Below are positions 36,226 to 46,107 of a stretch of 64,000 nt of DNA, piece by piece (position 1 is the first letter of the stretch; the number at the start of each line of letters is the position of its first letter). The notes below the pieces were generated by a model. It saw only the letters and a program-made list of their open reading frames with translations. It ran no database searches and was not told the origin of the DNA. The position numbers were made by a program, and so were the translations under genes. Where the stretch lies: the NCBI GenBank assembly GCA_045544255.1, contig JAZPYP010000028.1, forward strand, positions 13,064-77,063. Direction: 5' to 3'. Origin of the DNA: Eubacteriales bacterium. GTDB lineage: Bacteria > Bacillota > Clostridia > Oscillospirales > QAKW01.

Positions 36226-36875
36226 TGCCAGCCTTAAAAGACCACCTTATTGAGGATAACATGGGCCTTGTGCGCATGGTGGTTAAAAAATATCGGGGAT
36301 TTGGGATTGAGGAAGAAGACCTATTACAAATCGGCTCCATTGGGCTGCTTAAAGCAGCAAGGGACTTTGAGCCTCATCGGGAAATCAAATTTTCCACTTA
36401 TGCGGTTGCTAAAATCATCGGAGAGATCAAAACCTATCTGCGAGATCATTCCGAAATTAAAATTTCTCGAAAATATAAAGAGGATAAAATAAAAATCGAT
36501 CGCGCCACCCGCGCCCTTACGCAAACTTTGGGGCGAGAGCCAAAACTTTCAGAAATCTCTTCGGAAACAGGCATCACCATTGAAGAGATTTTAGCGGCAA
36601 CAGAAGCGATGCGCCCAACCCTCTCTTTAGATCTTCCGCCCGAAGAAGGCGGAGTGATCCCTAAAATACCCTCCTGCGAAGAAGATGCCCTAAACCGTGT
36701 GATGGCAAGAGAAATGCTCTCTACCCTGCCGCCTTTGGAGCGCTCGATCATGATCATGCGTTATTTCAAAGAAGAAACTCAAAGTAAAATTGCGGAAAAC
36801 CTTGGTTTAACTCAGGTTACTGTTTCTCGAATGGAAAAGAGAATTCTAAAAGAACTTCGGGATCGTTACAAATAA
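36225..36875 (+). CDS. sigF: Sporulation sigma factor F (compact, 216 aa)
   Basis: Sigma-70 regions 2-4 (DLLQIGSIGLLKAARDF, FSTYAVAKIIGEI, QSKIAENLGLTQVTVSRMEKR). Assigned by its position after spoIIAB. The ATG overlaps the TGA of spoIIAB. Confidence 0.85.
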   Translation: MPALKDHLIEDNMGLVRMVVKKYRGFGIEEEDLLQIGSIGLLKAARDFEPHREIKFSTYAVAKIIGEIKTYLRDHSEIKISRKYKEDKIKIDRATRALTQTLGREPKLSEISSETGITIEEILAATEAMRPTLSLDLPPEEGGVIPKIPSCEEDALNRVMAREMLSTLPPLERSIMIMRYFKEETQSKIAENLGLTQVTVSRMEKRILKELRDRYK

Positions 36876-36878
36876 AAA

Positions 36879-36911
36879 TAAAGCCATAGTTTTCACTATG
36901 GCTTTATTTTT
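36879..36911. terminator. Bidirectional terminator between sigF and the convergent AraC gene
   Basis: UAAAGCCAUAGU-UUUC-ACUAUGGCUUUA flanked by A- and T-runs. Confidence 0.8.
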
Positions 36912-37767
36912 ATTCTGCTTCAAAATCTTTTGAATTATCTCTTTTACAAAGAGCCCGATATTCTTTGGGGCTCATTCCAACGCGGCTTTTGAAAATCCGA
37001 GAAAAACAATAAATATTAGTATAGCCCACAGCGGAGCAAACCTGAGAAACATTGAGATCCTCTTCTTCAAACATTTTCTTTGCCCGCTGGATTCGATAAT
37101 CAATAATGTAATTTTGGGTACTCTTATTCTTATAGGTTTTAAAAAGACGCGAAAGATAACTCCGCTCAATGCCGAGCATATTTGCTATATTTTCAACGCT
37201 GATATTTTGATTATAATTCTCTTTTATGTATTCCACAGCACGGGTCATATAGAAATTTTTAGCAGGAAGCTTTCTCGCTACAAGGCTTTCTTCTAAGCAC
37301 TCCAATAAATGATGGAAGCAAACCGAAAGGGCAAAATGGCTACGATATTTCTTCTCGCATTCCATAAAAAGATCATAAGCCGCATCCATAGTTTTATGGG
37401 GAGAATTAAAATCGATCACGGGATTTTGAGAAGAGATACCAAAATCCTCAAACATTTTTTCAACCCCTTCCCCAATCAGCTCCACACCGATATAGTTCCA
37501 AGGCTCAAGGCCATCTGCTTTCCATCGATAGGTTTTACCCGGAAAGAGCACAAATGCCTGACCGGTTACAACAGAATGACGGCGACCATTCATCTCAAAA
37601 ATTCCGCGACCTGCCTCAACAATATTTAGCACATAGTGGTTTGGCGTTACAGGCCCAAAGGATTCAGAAGGATTATAGCGATGGCAGCAGCAAAAGCTCA
37701 TTCGAACATCAAGGAAAGCATCTTCTGCAAAAGAATAATGCTCTTCCCGATTGAGATATTCTAACAT
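36910..37767 (-). CDS. AraC-family transcriptional regulator
   Basis: 285 aa with an N-terminal cupin-like sensor and a C-terminal HTH (VGYTNIYCFSRIFKSRVGMSPKEYR). Confidence 0.85.
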   Translation of the reverse strand: MLEYLNREEHYSFAEDAFLDVRMSFCCCHRYNPSESFGPVTPNHYVLNIVEAGRGIFEMNGRRHSVVTGQAFVLFPGKTYRWKADGLEPWNYIGVELIGEGVEKMFEDFGISSQNPVIDFNSPHKTMDAAYDLFMECEKKYRSHFALSVCFHHLLECLEESLVARKLPAKNFYMTRAVEYIKENYNQNISVENIANMLGIERSYLSRLFKTYKNKSTQNYIIDYRIQRAKKMFEEEDLNVSQVCSAVGYTNIYCFSRIFKSRVGMSPKEYRALCKRDNSKDFEAE

Positions 37768-37923
37768 AAATACACCTCTAAATTTGATGATATGGATATT
37801 GTATCACAAATTGTTTCTAAATTGCAACATAAAATTAAAAAAACACATATTTTTTTGCAACTTTGTGTTAAATTTTCCGCATAAAATCAAAGAAGTTATT
37901 ATAATTTTTTGCTTTATGTGAAC

Positions 37924-37959
37924 TAAAAAAACGGCCTATATTTTAAAATAGGCCGTTTA
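37924..37959 (-). terminator. Intrinsic terminator after clpB
   Basis: AAACGGCCUAU-loop-AUAGGCCGUUU followed by U7 on the minus strand. Confidence 0.8.
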
Positions 37960-37964
37960 AAAGA

Positions 37965-40544
37965 TTATTTGATCAAAAGACTTCCCTCTTTATAATCAAC
38001 AGTTAAGGTTGAGCCGGGCTGAAGATCACCCTTTAAAATTTTGCGAGCCAAAAGAGTTTCCAATTTTTGCTGAAGAAGCCGGCGAAGAGGGCGTGCGCCA
38101 TAAATCGGATCATACCCTGCTTCAGCAAAATATTTTTTCGCCTCGTCTGTCAGCCGCAAGGTAAGATGCTTTTCGGAGAGTCTTCCCTGCAGATCATTCA
38201 ACAGAAGGTCCACAATATAGCCGATATTCTCGCGGGTGAGCGGTTTATAGAATACAATCTCATCCAAGCGATTAAGAAATTCAGGCCTGAAGGAGCGGCG
38301 CAAAAGTTGGTCCACTGCTCCCCTTGCTTCAGAAGAAATTTCGTCATTTTCAATACCTTCAAGAATCAGATCTGAGCCCAAATTAGAGGTAAGGATAATA
38401 ATCGTATTTTTAAAATCAACCGTTCGCCCTTGGCTATCGGTAATCCGCCCATCATCTAATACTTGAAGCAGCACATTAAATACATCGGGATGGGCTTTTT
38501 CCACTTCATCAAAAAGCACCACTGCATAGGGGCGCCGACGAACCGCCTCTGTCAGTTGCCCGCCTTCATCATAGCCCACATATCCCGGAGGGGCCCCGAT
38601 CAATCGAGAAACAGAATATTTCTCCATATATTCGCTCATATCAATACGGATCATGCTCTTTTCATCATCAAAAAGCGCTTCCGCAAGGGCTTTGGCCAGT
38701 TCGGTTTTACCAACGCCTGTTGGCCCGAGGAAAAGGAAAGAACCAATCGGGCGATTCGGATCCTGAATCCCCGCTCTTGAACGCAAAATCGCATCGCACA
38801 CCCGCTGCACTGCTTCATCCTGGCCAATCACGCGCCGGTGAATAATATCATCTAAATGAAGAAGTTTTTCCCGCTCGCTTTCCATAAGCTTGGAAACAGG
38901 AATACCGGTCCAGCGGGCAACAATTTTTGCAATTTCCTCTTCTGTTACTTTATCTCTCAAAAGAGAATCTTCCCTTGAATCATTTTCTTTTTCTTGATTT
39001 TCCGCCTCCTCAAGCTGCTTTTTCAGAGCAGGAAGCTTACCATATTTAAGCTCTGCTGCTTTATTTAGATCATAGCTGTTTTCTGCTTGCTGAATGGCGC
39101 TATTGGTTTGCTCAATTTCTTCCCGAAGCTTCTGAACGATGGAAATGGCCTGCTTTTCGTTTTCCCACTTCGCTTTCATGGCATTAAATTCATCTCGAAG
39201 AAGCGCAATTTCTTTTTGAATTTCTTTAAGGCGCTCGGTCGAAATGGGATCCTCATCCTTTTGCAGGGCTTGAGCCTCAATTTCCATCTGCATAATCTTG
39301 CGCTGCTTTTCATCAAGCTCATAGGGCATGGATTCCATTTCTGTTTTGATGAGTGCGCAAGCCTCGTCCACCAAATCAATCGCTTTATCGGGCAGAAATC
39401 GATCCGAAATATAGCGATTGGAAAGAACCGCTGCAGCAATCAAAGCCTGATCCTGAATCTTTACTCCATGATAAACCTCATACCGCTCTTCCAAACCGCG
39501 AAGAATGGAAATGGTATCCTCAACAGTTGGTTCCGCCACCAATACCGGTTGAAAACGGCGCTCTAAAGCCGCATCCTTTTCAATATATTGCCGATATTCA
39601 TTCAAAGTGGTAGCACCAACGCAATGAAGCTCTCCTCGTGCAAGCATGGGTTTTAGAAGGTTACCTGCGTCCATAGAGCCTTCGGTCTTCCCTGCGCCAA
39701 CTATGGTATGCAACTCATCAATAAACAAAATGATTTCGCCTTCGCTCTTGCGCACCTCCTCCAGCACCGCTTTTAAGCGCTCTTCAAATTCGCCTCGATA
39801 TTTTGCGCCGGAAATCAGAGCTCCCATATCAAGAGAAAAGAGTTTTCTATTCTTCAAATGGTCGGGAACATCTCCGCGAACAATGCGCAAGGCAAGGCCT
39901 TCTGCAATAGCGGTTTTACCAACACCCGGTTCACCGATCAAAACAGGATTATTTTTTGTTTTTCTCGAGAGAATACGGATCACATTGCGAATTTCCTCAT
40001 CTCTGCCGATAACAGGATCCAGCTTTTGCGCTCTTGCAAGTTCGACCAGATCTCTTCCATATTTATTAAGAACATCATAAGTTCCTTCCGGATTTTGGCT
40101 TTCCACTTTGGAATTTCCGCGAAGCTCTTTTACCGCTTCTGCAAAATTCTTCTTTTGAATATTATGGTCGATAAAAAGCTTCTTAAGAGTTGAATCCTTG
40201 CATTCGATGAGACCGAGCATTAAATGCTCCACAGAGATAAATTGATCCCCCATTTTTTCGGCCTGCTTCTCCGCAGCCATCAGGGCATGATTGAGCTCAT
40301 TGCTGCAATAAAGCTGACCAACAGTGCTCACTTTGGGCAGGTCGGAAAGAGCGCGGGCGCAATCTTCCAAAAGGCCCTGCACCCCCATTTTTTGAAGAAT
40401 TCCGCCTATAAAACCATTTTGTTGGGTAATAAGCGCTTCCAAAAGATGGATTTGCTCCACTGCAGGGTTCTTTTTCATTGCCGCCGATTGCTCTGCGGCT
40501 TGCATCGCTTCCAAACTTTTTTGAGTAAATTGATTTGCATTCAT
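37965..40544 (-). CDS. clpB: ATP-dependent chaperone ClpB
   Basis: Start trimmed to [15 protein letters not shown]. Two AAA+ modules ([15 protein letters not shown]; [15 protein letters not shown]) with a long middle coiled coil. Confidence 0.95.
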   Translation of the reverse strand: MNANQFTQKSLEAMQAAEQSAAMKKNPAVEQIHLLEALITQQNGFIGGILQKMGVQGLLEDCARALSDLPKVSTVGQLYCSNELNHALMAAEKQAEKMGDQFISVEHLMLGLIECKDSTLKKLFIDHNIQKKNFAEAVKELRGNSKVESQNPEGTYDVLNKYGRDLVELARAQKLDPVIGRDEEIRNVIRILSRKTKNNPVLIGEPGVGKTAIAEGLALRIVRGDVPDHLKNRKLFSLDMGALISGAKYRGEFEERLKAVLEEVRKSEGEIILFIDELHTIVGAGKTEGSMDAGNLLKPMLARGELHCVGATTLNEYRQYIEKDAALERRFQPVLVAEPTVEDTISILRGLEERYEVYHGVKIQDQALIAAAVLSNRYISDRFLPDKAIDLVDEACALIKTEMESMPYELDEKQRKIMQMEIEAQALQKDEDPISTERLKEIQKEIALLRDEFNAMKAKWENEKQAISIVQKLREEIEQTNSAIQQAENSYDLNKAAELKYGKLPALKKQLEEAENQEKENDSREDSLLRDKVTEEEIAKIVARWTGIPVSKLMESEREKLLHLDDIIHRRVIGQDEAVQRVCDAILRSRAGIQDPNRPIGSFLFLGPTGVGKTELAKALAEALFDDEKSMIRIDMSEYMEKYSVSRLIGAPPGYVGYDEGGQLTEAVRRRPYAVVLFDEVEKAHPDVFNVLLQVLDDGRITDSQGRTVDFKNTIIILTSNLGSDLILEGIENDEISSEARGAVDQLLRRSFRPEFLNRLDEIVFYKPLTRENIGYIVDLLLNDLQGRLSEKHLTLRLTDEAKKYFAEAGYDPIYGARPLRRLLQQKLETLLARKILKGDLQPGSTLTVDYKEGSLLIK

Positions 40545-40545
40545 T

Positions 40546-41199
40546 TTAAAGCACTCCCTTTCCGCTTTTTGCATATTCCCGCATAACCTGCTCCACCAAT
40601 CTTATTGCATAGGCAGGCTGATCCAAATATTCAAAGTATAATTTCAGGGCACGATCCAAATGGTTAACATAATTATATATTGATTCCCCCATTAATTCCG
40701 GCTGCTGCTCAAACAAACTATTAAATCGAAGATTCCGATAAAATCGACCATCTTCAACCATTGAACGGCAATCGCCAAGATATTTCTTTTCTATATTGCC
40801 CCAAATTTTCATAAATCCGTTTACATAATTTATTAACTGACGATTTTGCGTTCTTAATTGCACCTGCAACTGCCCGAATTCCGGTTCTAAAGATCTGAAC
40901 AGCTCTACACGATAACGCACCGACGGATTATATTTAAAAGGCAAAGCACTACGCACCATCAGCATTGTTCCGGTTGGTTGAGAAAGGGGTTGAAACCCAA
41001 GCTGATCAAAGAGCTGCTCCAACTGAGATAAAGTGGAGCGCATTCGTTTTTCAGGAGTAAGCATAGAGCAATATTCCGCTAAAATCTGGTTAATCATATT
41101 TGAACGATTGGTATGCATGGAATAGGCCAAGCGATCCACCTGATCCACCACTTCATCCATGAGCACCAATGAATATACACTTTTTTTCATTCCGATCAC
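40546..41199 (-). CDS. Ribbon-helix-helix (CopG/Arc-like) N-terminal domain protein, function unknown, co-transcribed with clpB
   Basis: 217 aa. N-terminus KSVYSLVLMDEVVDQVDRLAYSMHTNRSNMINQILAEY fits a strand-helix-helix pattern. The stop lies 1 nt before the clpB ATG. RBS AGAGGTGA. Confidence 0.6.
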   Translation of the reverse strand: MIGMKKSVYSLVLMDEVVDQVDRLAYSMHTNRSNMINQILAEYCSMLTPEKRMRSTLSQLEQLFDQLGFQPLSQPTGTMLMVRSALPFKYNPSVRYRVELFRSLEPEFGQLQVQLRTQNRQLINYVNGFMKIWGNIEKKYLGDCRSMVEDGRFYRNLRFNSLFEQQPELMGESIYNYVNHLDRALKLYFEYLDQPAYAIRLVEQVMREYAKSGKGVL

Positions 41200-41210
41200 C
41201 TCTTGATTTT

Positions 41211-41238
41211 ATTTTACCACTTTTCCATAACTTGTCAA
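41211..41238 (-). promoter_or_regulatory. Sigma-A promoter of the RHH-clpB operon
   Basis: Minus strand: TTGACA (41238-41233), 16 nt, TGgTAAAAT (-10 at 41216-41211). Confidence 0.55.
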
Positions 41239-41317
41239 GCGATTTATATAAATTTCATAACAAGTTTACATTTCGGATTATAATATATGACCTTTTCTAT
41301 CGAATTATCAGAACCTC

Positions 41318-41346
41318 TTGCAAACGAGAGAAAAACTTTTTATAAT
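41318..41346 (+). promoter_or_regulatory. Sigma-A promoter of the DUF4965-type gene
   Basis: TTGCAA (41318-41323), 17 nt, TATAAT (41341-41346), then RBS AAAGGAGG. Confidence 0.65.
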
Positions 41347-41377
41347 GAAATTATAATAAAAAGGAGGAAAATTCCCC

Positions 41378-43435
41378 ATGAATAACCAAAAACTGCGCGC
41401 ACCTTGCGTACCTTTGATTGCCAACGACCCCATGTTTAATGTATGGTCCTTTGCCGATAAGCTTACCGACGATGTTCCCCGCCATTGGACCAATGAGCGC
41501 CAATTCATTACCGGCACCATCGCTATTGATGGAGAACTTTTTCAATATATCGGAAAGCTTCATCCCGATAATCATCGCTATGCAACCGAATTCCCCGCCC
41601 TTCCCCAAGTTGATGTTACCATCAAAGCGATGACCACCACCTATACCTTCGAGAACGAAAAGATCCGCTTGGAGCTTTCCTTCATGAGCCCCCTGCTGAT
41701 GGATGATCTTAAGCTTTTGAGCAGACCTATCACTTATCTGACTCATAAATTGACCTCTCTTGACGGAAAGACTCATGAAATTGAGCTCTTTGTTGGTTTG
41801 AGCTGCGAGATGGCAGTTCATGAACCGAGCCAATCGGTAACCTTTGGCCGCACCGCTTATTCTATAACCTGCTCCAGCGGCACCGATATGATGCTGAAGA
41901 GAAGTGGCGATGATCATCGCATCGAATGGGGCACTCTCCATTTGATCGCTCCGAATTGGAGAACTGTAGCCGCTCCCATTGAAATGGTTGAAAATCATAT
42001 TCGAAAGCTTTATGTTGATAAGAAATTCCCCAAGATCACCATGAACTATCAAGGCCCCGGCCCCAATCCCGGCATCACCCCGCCGGAGTATTATAAAGAG
42101 TATGCATCCGATACCATCTATCCCTATTATCCCACCCTTTTTGCAAAGAAAAGCTTTGTTTTGGAGGGAAGCTGCGAGGAAATGATCGCCTTTGGCTACG
42201 ATGATATCAAATCGATCCAATATTTCGGCGAAAATATCGAAGCATATTGGCGCAAGGACGGCGAGAGCTTTCTTGATATCATGAAAAAGGCCTTAGATGA
42301 ATATGAAGAGATCAAAGGCAGAGTTGAAGCTTTTGAAGAAGAGCTGACAGCAAAGGCTTCGGCCATCAGCCCTAAATATGCTGATATTCTTAATCTTGCT
42401 TATCGCCAAACCATTGCCGCTCATAAATTAACTTGGCATGATGGCGAAATCCAATTCTTCTCAAAAGAAAATTATTCCAATGGTTGCATTGCCACTGTTG
42501 ACGTTACTTATCCTTCCATTCCTCTTTTCCTGATCTATCAGCCGGATTTGGTGGAAGGCATGCTCAACCCCATCTTTAAACTCATTGAAAAAAACCTTTG
42601 GGAATTTGATTTTGCACCCCATGACGCAGGCCAATACCCCCTTGCCAATCGGCAGGTTTATGGTTACAGCAACAAATATTTCTTCGCGGGTATCAGCGCT
42701 TTTGAAAAGCAGATGCCTGTTGAAGAATGCGGCAATATGATTCTTTGCGTTGCTGCGCTTTGCTATGCGCGAAAAGATTTTTCCTATTTTAAAAAGCATG
42801 AAAAGATCTTAAAGCAATGGGCAGACTATCTGGTAAAAGCGGGATACGATCCCGAAAATCAGCTTTGCACCGACGACTTTGCGGGCCATCTTGCTCATAA
42901 CTGCAATCTTTCTGTTAAAGCGGCTATGGGCATTGCAGCCTTTGCAAAGCTGCTGAAAGATACCGGCAACACCGCTGAGGCAGAAAAATACCATGCTAAG
43001 GCTGCAGAATTCGCAGCTCTTTGGGAAAAAGGCGCCAAGAGCGGCGACCATACTCGCCTTGCATTCGACCAAGAGGATAGCTGGAGCATTAAATATAACA
43101 TGGTTTGGGATAATCTCTTCGACCTGCATATCTATAGCGATGATGTAAAAAAATCAGAGCTTGCATACTATAAAAAGATGGCTAATGCCTATGGCCTGCC
43201 TTTGGATAATCGCGCCGACTATACCAAGAGCGATTGGCAGCTTTGGAGCGTGATGCTGGATGAAGAAGATGAAGAATATTTCAACTTAATTGTTGATCGG
43301 ATGTGGGACTTCTTGAATGAGACAGTCGATAGAATCCCCTTCACCGATTGGTATTTCACTTCCAAACCCATTCATAGAGGCTTCCAAAACAGAACAGTTC
43401 AGGGCGGTCTCTTCATCAAATTTTTAAAATTTTAA
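41378..43435 (+). CDS. Glutaminase-A-like / DUF4965-DUF1793 family protein (putative intracellular glycoside hydrolase)
   Basis: 685 aa with no signal peptide. The N-terminus LRAPCVPLIANDPMFNVWSFADKLTDDVPRHWT and overall length are typical of this family, as recognised from sequence. Confidence 0.7.
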   Translation: MNNQKLRAPCVPLIANDPMFNVWSFADKLTDDVPRHWTNERQFITGTIAIDGELFQYIGKLHPDNHRYATEFPALPQVDVTIKAMTTTYTFENEKIRLELSFMSPLLMDDLKLLSRPITYLTHKLTSLDGKTHEIELFVGLSCEMAVHEPSQSVTFGRTAYSITCSSGTDMMLKRSGDDHRIEWGTLHLIAPNWRTVAAPIEMVENHIRKLYVDKKFPKITMNYQGPGPNPGITPPEYYKEYASDTIYPYYPTLFAKKSFVLEGSCEEMIAFGYDDIKSIQYFGENIEAYWRKDGESFLDIMKKALDEYEEIKGRVEAFEEELTAKASAISPKYADILNLAYRQTIAAHKLTWHDGEIQFFSKENYSNGCIATVDVTYPSIPLFLIYQPDLVEGMLNPIFKLIEKNLWEFDFAPHDAGQYPLANRQVYGYSNKYFFAGISAFEKQMPVEECGNMILCVAALCYARKDFSYFKKHEKILKQWADYLVKAGYDPENQLCTDDFAGHLAHNCNLSVKAAMGIAAFAKLLKDTGNTAEAEKYHAKAAEFAALWEKGAKSGDHTRLAFDQEDSWSIKYNMVWDNLFDLHIYSDDVKKSELAYYKKMANAYGLPLDNRADYTKSDWQLWSVMLDEEDEEYFNLIVDRMWDFLNETVDRIPFTDWYFTSKPIHRGFQNRTVQGGLFIKFLKF

Positions 43436-43440
43436 CATAA

Positions 43441-43476
43441 ATAAAACTCGAGGTGAAATCACCTCGAGTTTTATTA
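43441..43476. terminator. Bidirectional terminator
   Basis: AAAACUCGAGGUGA-AA-UCACCUCGAGUUUU. Confidence 0.85.
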
Positions 43477-43477
43477 T

Positions 43478-44440
43478 TTATTGATGTTCAAGTTGCGCCT
43501 TGGCAGCAGAAATCTGCGCCAATGCCTTATGATGGATCTCCATCCAATCAGGATCGATCCGTTCCCAAGCCGTTTGCAGCATTCCCATCCACCCCTCAGA
43601 AGAAACATGCTCAGCGCAATATTCAGTTAGCTTTTCAAAGCACTTCTCCTTATAACAAACACTTCCGGTAGGAATTTGTTTGTAGCCGTTGCGGTCCAAA
43701 AATTCAAAAACTGCCAAACGCTCCGCATTAGATTCATTATACCCCTCATCGGTAGGTTTAGTTTTATCAGCATAATACCAATTGCTTTGAATCACATCTT
43801 TAGGCATCTTCTCCAAAAATGTCTCGGGATGATGCCAAGCATAATCCGACCAAACCCATGGAATAGCGCCCCCTTCTCTGACGCAATCAAAAAGGAAATA
43901 AAGATCATGCCACCAAAGATCCCCTTGGCGAATCACCGCGTATTGAAATTTTCTTTGGTTAGCAAAATTTTCTTCGTCCATTCCCAAATGAAAATACTTC
44001 GGTTTAAAAATCTCGCAAACCTCGGTAATCAGATCCTTGCATACCTGATAATAGATCGGTGTTGAAAGCATTCGGGAATAATCCTTAAGCCAAATATCAT
44101 GGCAAGCAGAAAAATTCAGTTTGGGCACCACTTCGAAGCCCATCCCCTTCAATTTTTCAACCTCAGCAAGCATCTGCTCTCGGCTCCAGGAGCCCTCCAC
44201 CGCAATTTCGGGGTGAGAATCATATCGAAGGGCCTCTCCAATATCAATAACCAAGGTATTTACGCCCGAATCCTTTAATTCCTGCATATAAGAATCCCAA
44301 CAGTTTCTGTTGAAGAGAAAAACAGGAGATGCACAAGGGGTTGAACGATGCTCTCTGCCTGCTGTATTCCCCTCTTCATTCCACATATTGGAACCAAGAT
44401 GAACTAAGGCTGCCCACATAAAATCTTTATTAAGACTCAT
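43478..44440 (-). CDS. Hypothetical cytoplasmic protein, TIM-barrel glycosidase-like (H-x-G-x-D-E motif)
   Basis: 320 aa with no signal peptide. YFHLGMDEE resembles the GH20-type catalytic motif. The gene lies 21 nt downstream of galT on the same strand. Function not established. Confidence 0.45.
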   Translation of the reverse strand: MSLNKDFMWAALVHLGSNMWNEEGNTAGREHRSTPCASPVFLFNRNCWDSYMQELKDSGVNTLVIDIGEALRYDSHPEIAVEGSWSREQMLAEVEKLKGMGFEVVPKLNFSACHDIWLKDYSRMLSTPIYYQVCKDLITEVCEIFKPKYFHLGMDEENFANQRKFQYAVIRQGDLWWHDLYFLFDCVREGGAIPWVWSDYAWHHPETFLEKMPKDVIQSNWYYADKTKPTDEGYNESNAERLAVFEFLDRNGYKQIPTGSVCYKEKCFEKLTEYCAEHVSSEGWMGMLQTAWERIDPDWMEIHHKALAQISAAKAQLEHQ

Positions 44441-44461
44441 TTTGTAATACTCCTTGAAATA

Positions 44462-45961
44462 TCATTCGATACCAACCGATTCAGCAAAGCGCATAAAGGC
44501 AGCTCTGCCTTCATCGGTGCTTTTATAAACCCCTGCATCCTCCAAAACGCGGCTAAAGACCAAACCAACCTCCTCTTGAAGAATGCTCATAACATTTTCT
44601 TCATTAAGCTCCGGATGAGCAGCGACAAGCTTATCTGCCCATTCGGTATGCTTTTCGGTAGCAGGGTGGGTTGCAGGAGAAATGCCTTGCACAAGCTGCC
44701 TTGCAAGAATCTCCAATTCCCCTTTCAGGCGAGCAGGAAGCACCGCAAGCCCCATTACCTCGATCAAGCCGATATTTTCTTTCTTAATATGGTGAAGCTC
44801 TGCATGGGGATGGTAAACACCCAAAGGATGCTCCTCGGTTGTAATATTATTTCGCAGCACCAGATCAAGCTCAAATTCCCCGTTGCGCATTCTTGCAATC
44901 GGAGTAATGGTATTATGAGGTTCCCCATTTGTTTCGGCCAAAACAAAGGCATCTTCATCGGTATAGCTGCGCCATGCAGCAAGAATTTTTTCAGCCAAAG
45001 CAGAAAGGCTCTTGCGATCAGCGCTCTGCAGGCGAATAACCGATAGCGGCCACCGCACAATTCCTCCCTTAATATTAGGATAGCCCTCAAAAGAGAGTTC
45101 TTTTTCAATGGGAGCGCGTTCCATGGGGAAAATATAATGGCCGCCCTGGAAATGATCATGGCTCAAGATGGTGCCACCAACAATAGGAAGTTCCGCATTG
45201 GAGCCAACAGTATAATGAGGAAAGATCTCGAGAAAATCAAAGAACTTTTCAAATGTTGCAGTATTGATCTTCATCGGAGTATGGGCATGATTCAAAAGAA
45301 TGCAATGCTCATTATAATAAACATAAGGAGAATATTGCATGCTCCATGCTTCCCCATTAAGAGTAAGGGGCAGGATGCGATGATTTTGACGCGGCGCGGC
45401 AGTCAACGAACCTGCAAATCCTTCGTTTTCTTTGCAGAGAGCGCATTTAGGGTAAACTGCAGGCGGCGCATTCTTGGCAGCAGCAATCGCCTTGGGATCC
45501 TTCTCCGGTTTAGAAAGGTTCACAGTGATATCCAATTTCCCATAAGGAGTTGCAGTTTCCCATTTCATATCTTTTTCAATACGATAGCGGCGAATATAAT
45601 CGGTATTGCAAGAAAAATCATAGAAGAAATCAGTTGCCTTTTGAGGATCCTCTTTATAGAGCGCATTAAAGCGATCAATCACAACAGAAGGCGCAGGGGT
45701 TAAAATCCCCATAATGCGCGTATCAAAAAGATCCCGATATGTAATGGTATTTTCCGGCAGAAGGCCGCGTTCCGCCGCATCATCCAAAAGATTCTTTAAA
45801 ATCTCTTCTAAAGAGGCCTCCACCGGAGCCACCTCCGCAGGATCATAGCCTTCCAATTTTAAAAGATCCAGCAGTTGATTGCGGGTATAGATCAAATCCC
45901 TTGGATCCACCAATTTCTTCTCGAGACCATATTGCAAAAGCGCTTCAATATATTTTTTCAT
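44462..45961 (-). CDS. galT: UDP-glucose--hexose-1-phosphate uridylyltransferase (type 2, Gram-positive GalT)
   Basis: 499 aa. The N-terminus IEALLQYGLEKKLVDPRDLIYTRNQLLDLL and the length are typical of type-2 GalT. Confidence 0.88.
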   Translation of the reverse strand: MKKYIEALLQYGLEKKLVDPRDLIYTRNQLLDLLKLEGYDPAEVAPVEASLEEILKNLLDDAAERGLLPENTITYRDLFDTRIMGILTPAPSVVIDRFNALYKEDPQKATDFFYDFSCNTDYIRRYRIEKDMKWETATPYGKLDITVNLSKPEKDPKAIAAAKNAPPAVYPKCALCKENEGFAGSLTAAPRQNHRILPLTLNGEAWSMQYSPYVYYNEHCILLNHAHTPMKINTATFEKFFDFLEIFPHYTVGSNAELPIVGGTILSHDHFQGGHYIFPMERAPIEKELSFEGYPNIKGGIVRWPLSVIRLQSADRKSLSALAEKILAAWRSYTDEDAFVLAETNGEPHNTITPIARMRNGEFELDLVLRNNITTEEHPLGVYHPHAELHHIKKENIGLIEVMGLAVLPARLKGELEILARQLVQGISPATHPATEKHTEWADKLVAAHPELNEENVMSILQEEVGLVFSRVLEDAGVYKSTDEGRAAFMRFAESVGIE

Positions 45962-46044
45962 TTTCAGCCATTTCCTTTATTAAAAATTATACAATTATTT
46001 TATCATAAATATCAAATAAATGGTAGACTTTTTTTGCAAAATCC

Positions 46045-46073
46045 TTTACTTTATATCTTTTATTTGTTACAAT
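46045..46073 (+). promoter_or_regulatory. Possible sigma-A promoter of galK
   Basis: TTTACT, 17 nt, TGtTACAAT (-10 at 46068-46073). Confidence 0.4.
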
Positions 46074-46107
46074 TATTTTGGTTAAATTAGCTAAAGGAGA
46101 ACAAAAA

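Noticed and set aside
41200-41300. CtsR box or CIRCE element upstream of the RHH-clpB operon.
   Set aside because: Neither the tandem GGTCAAA heptads nor a TTAGCACTC-N9-GAGTGCTAA palindrome is present.
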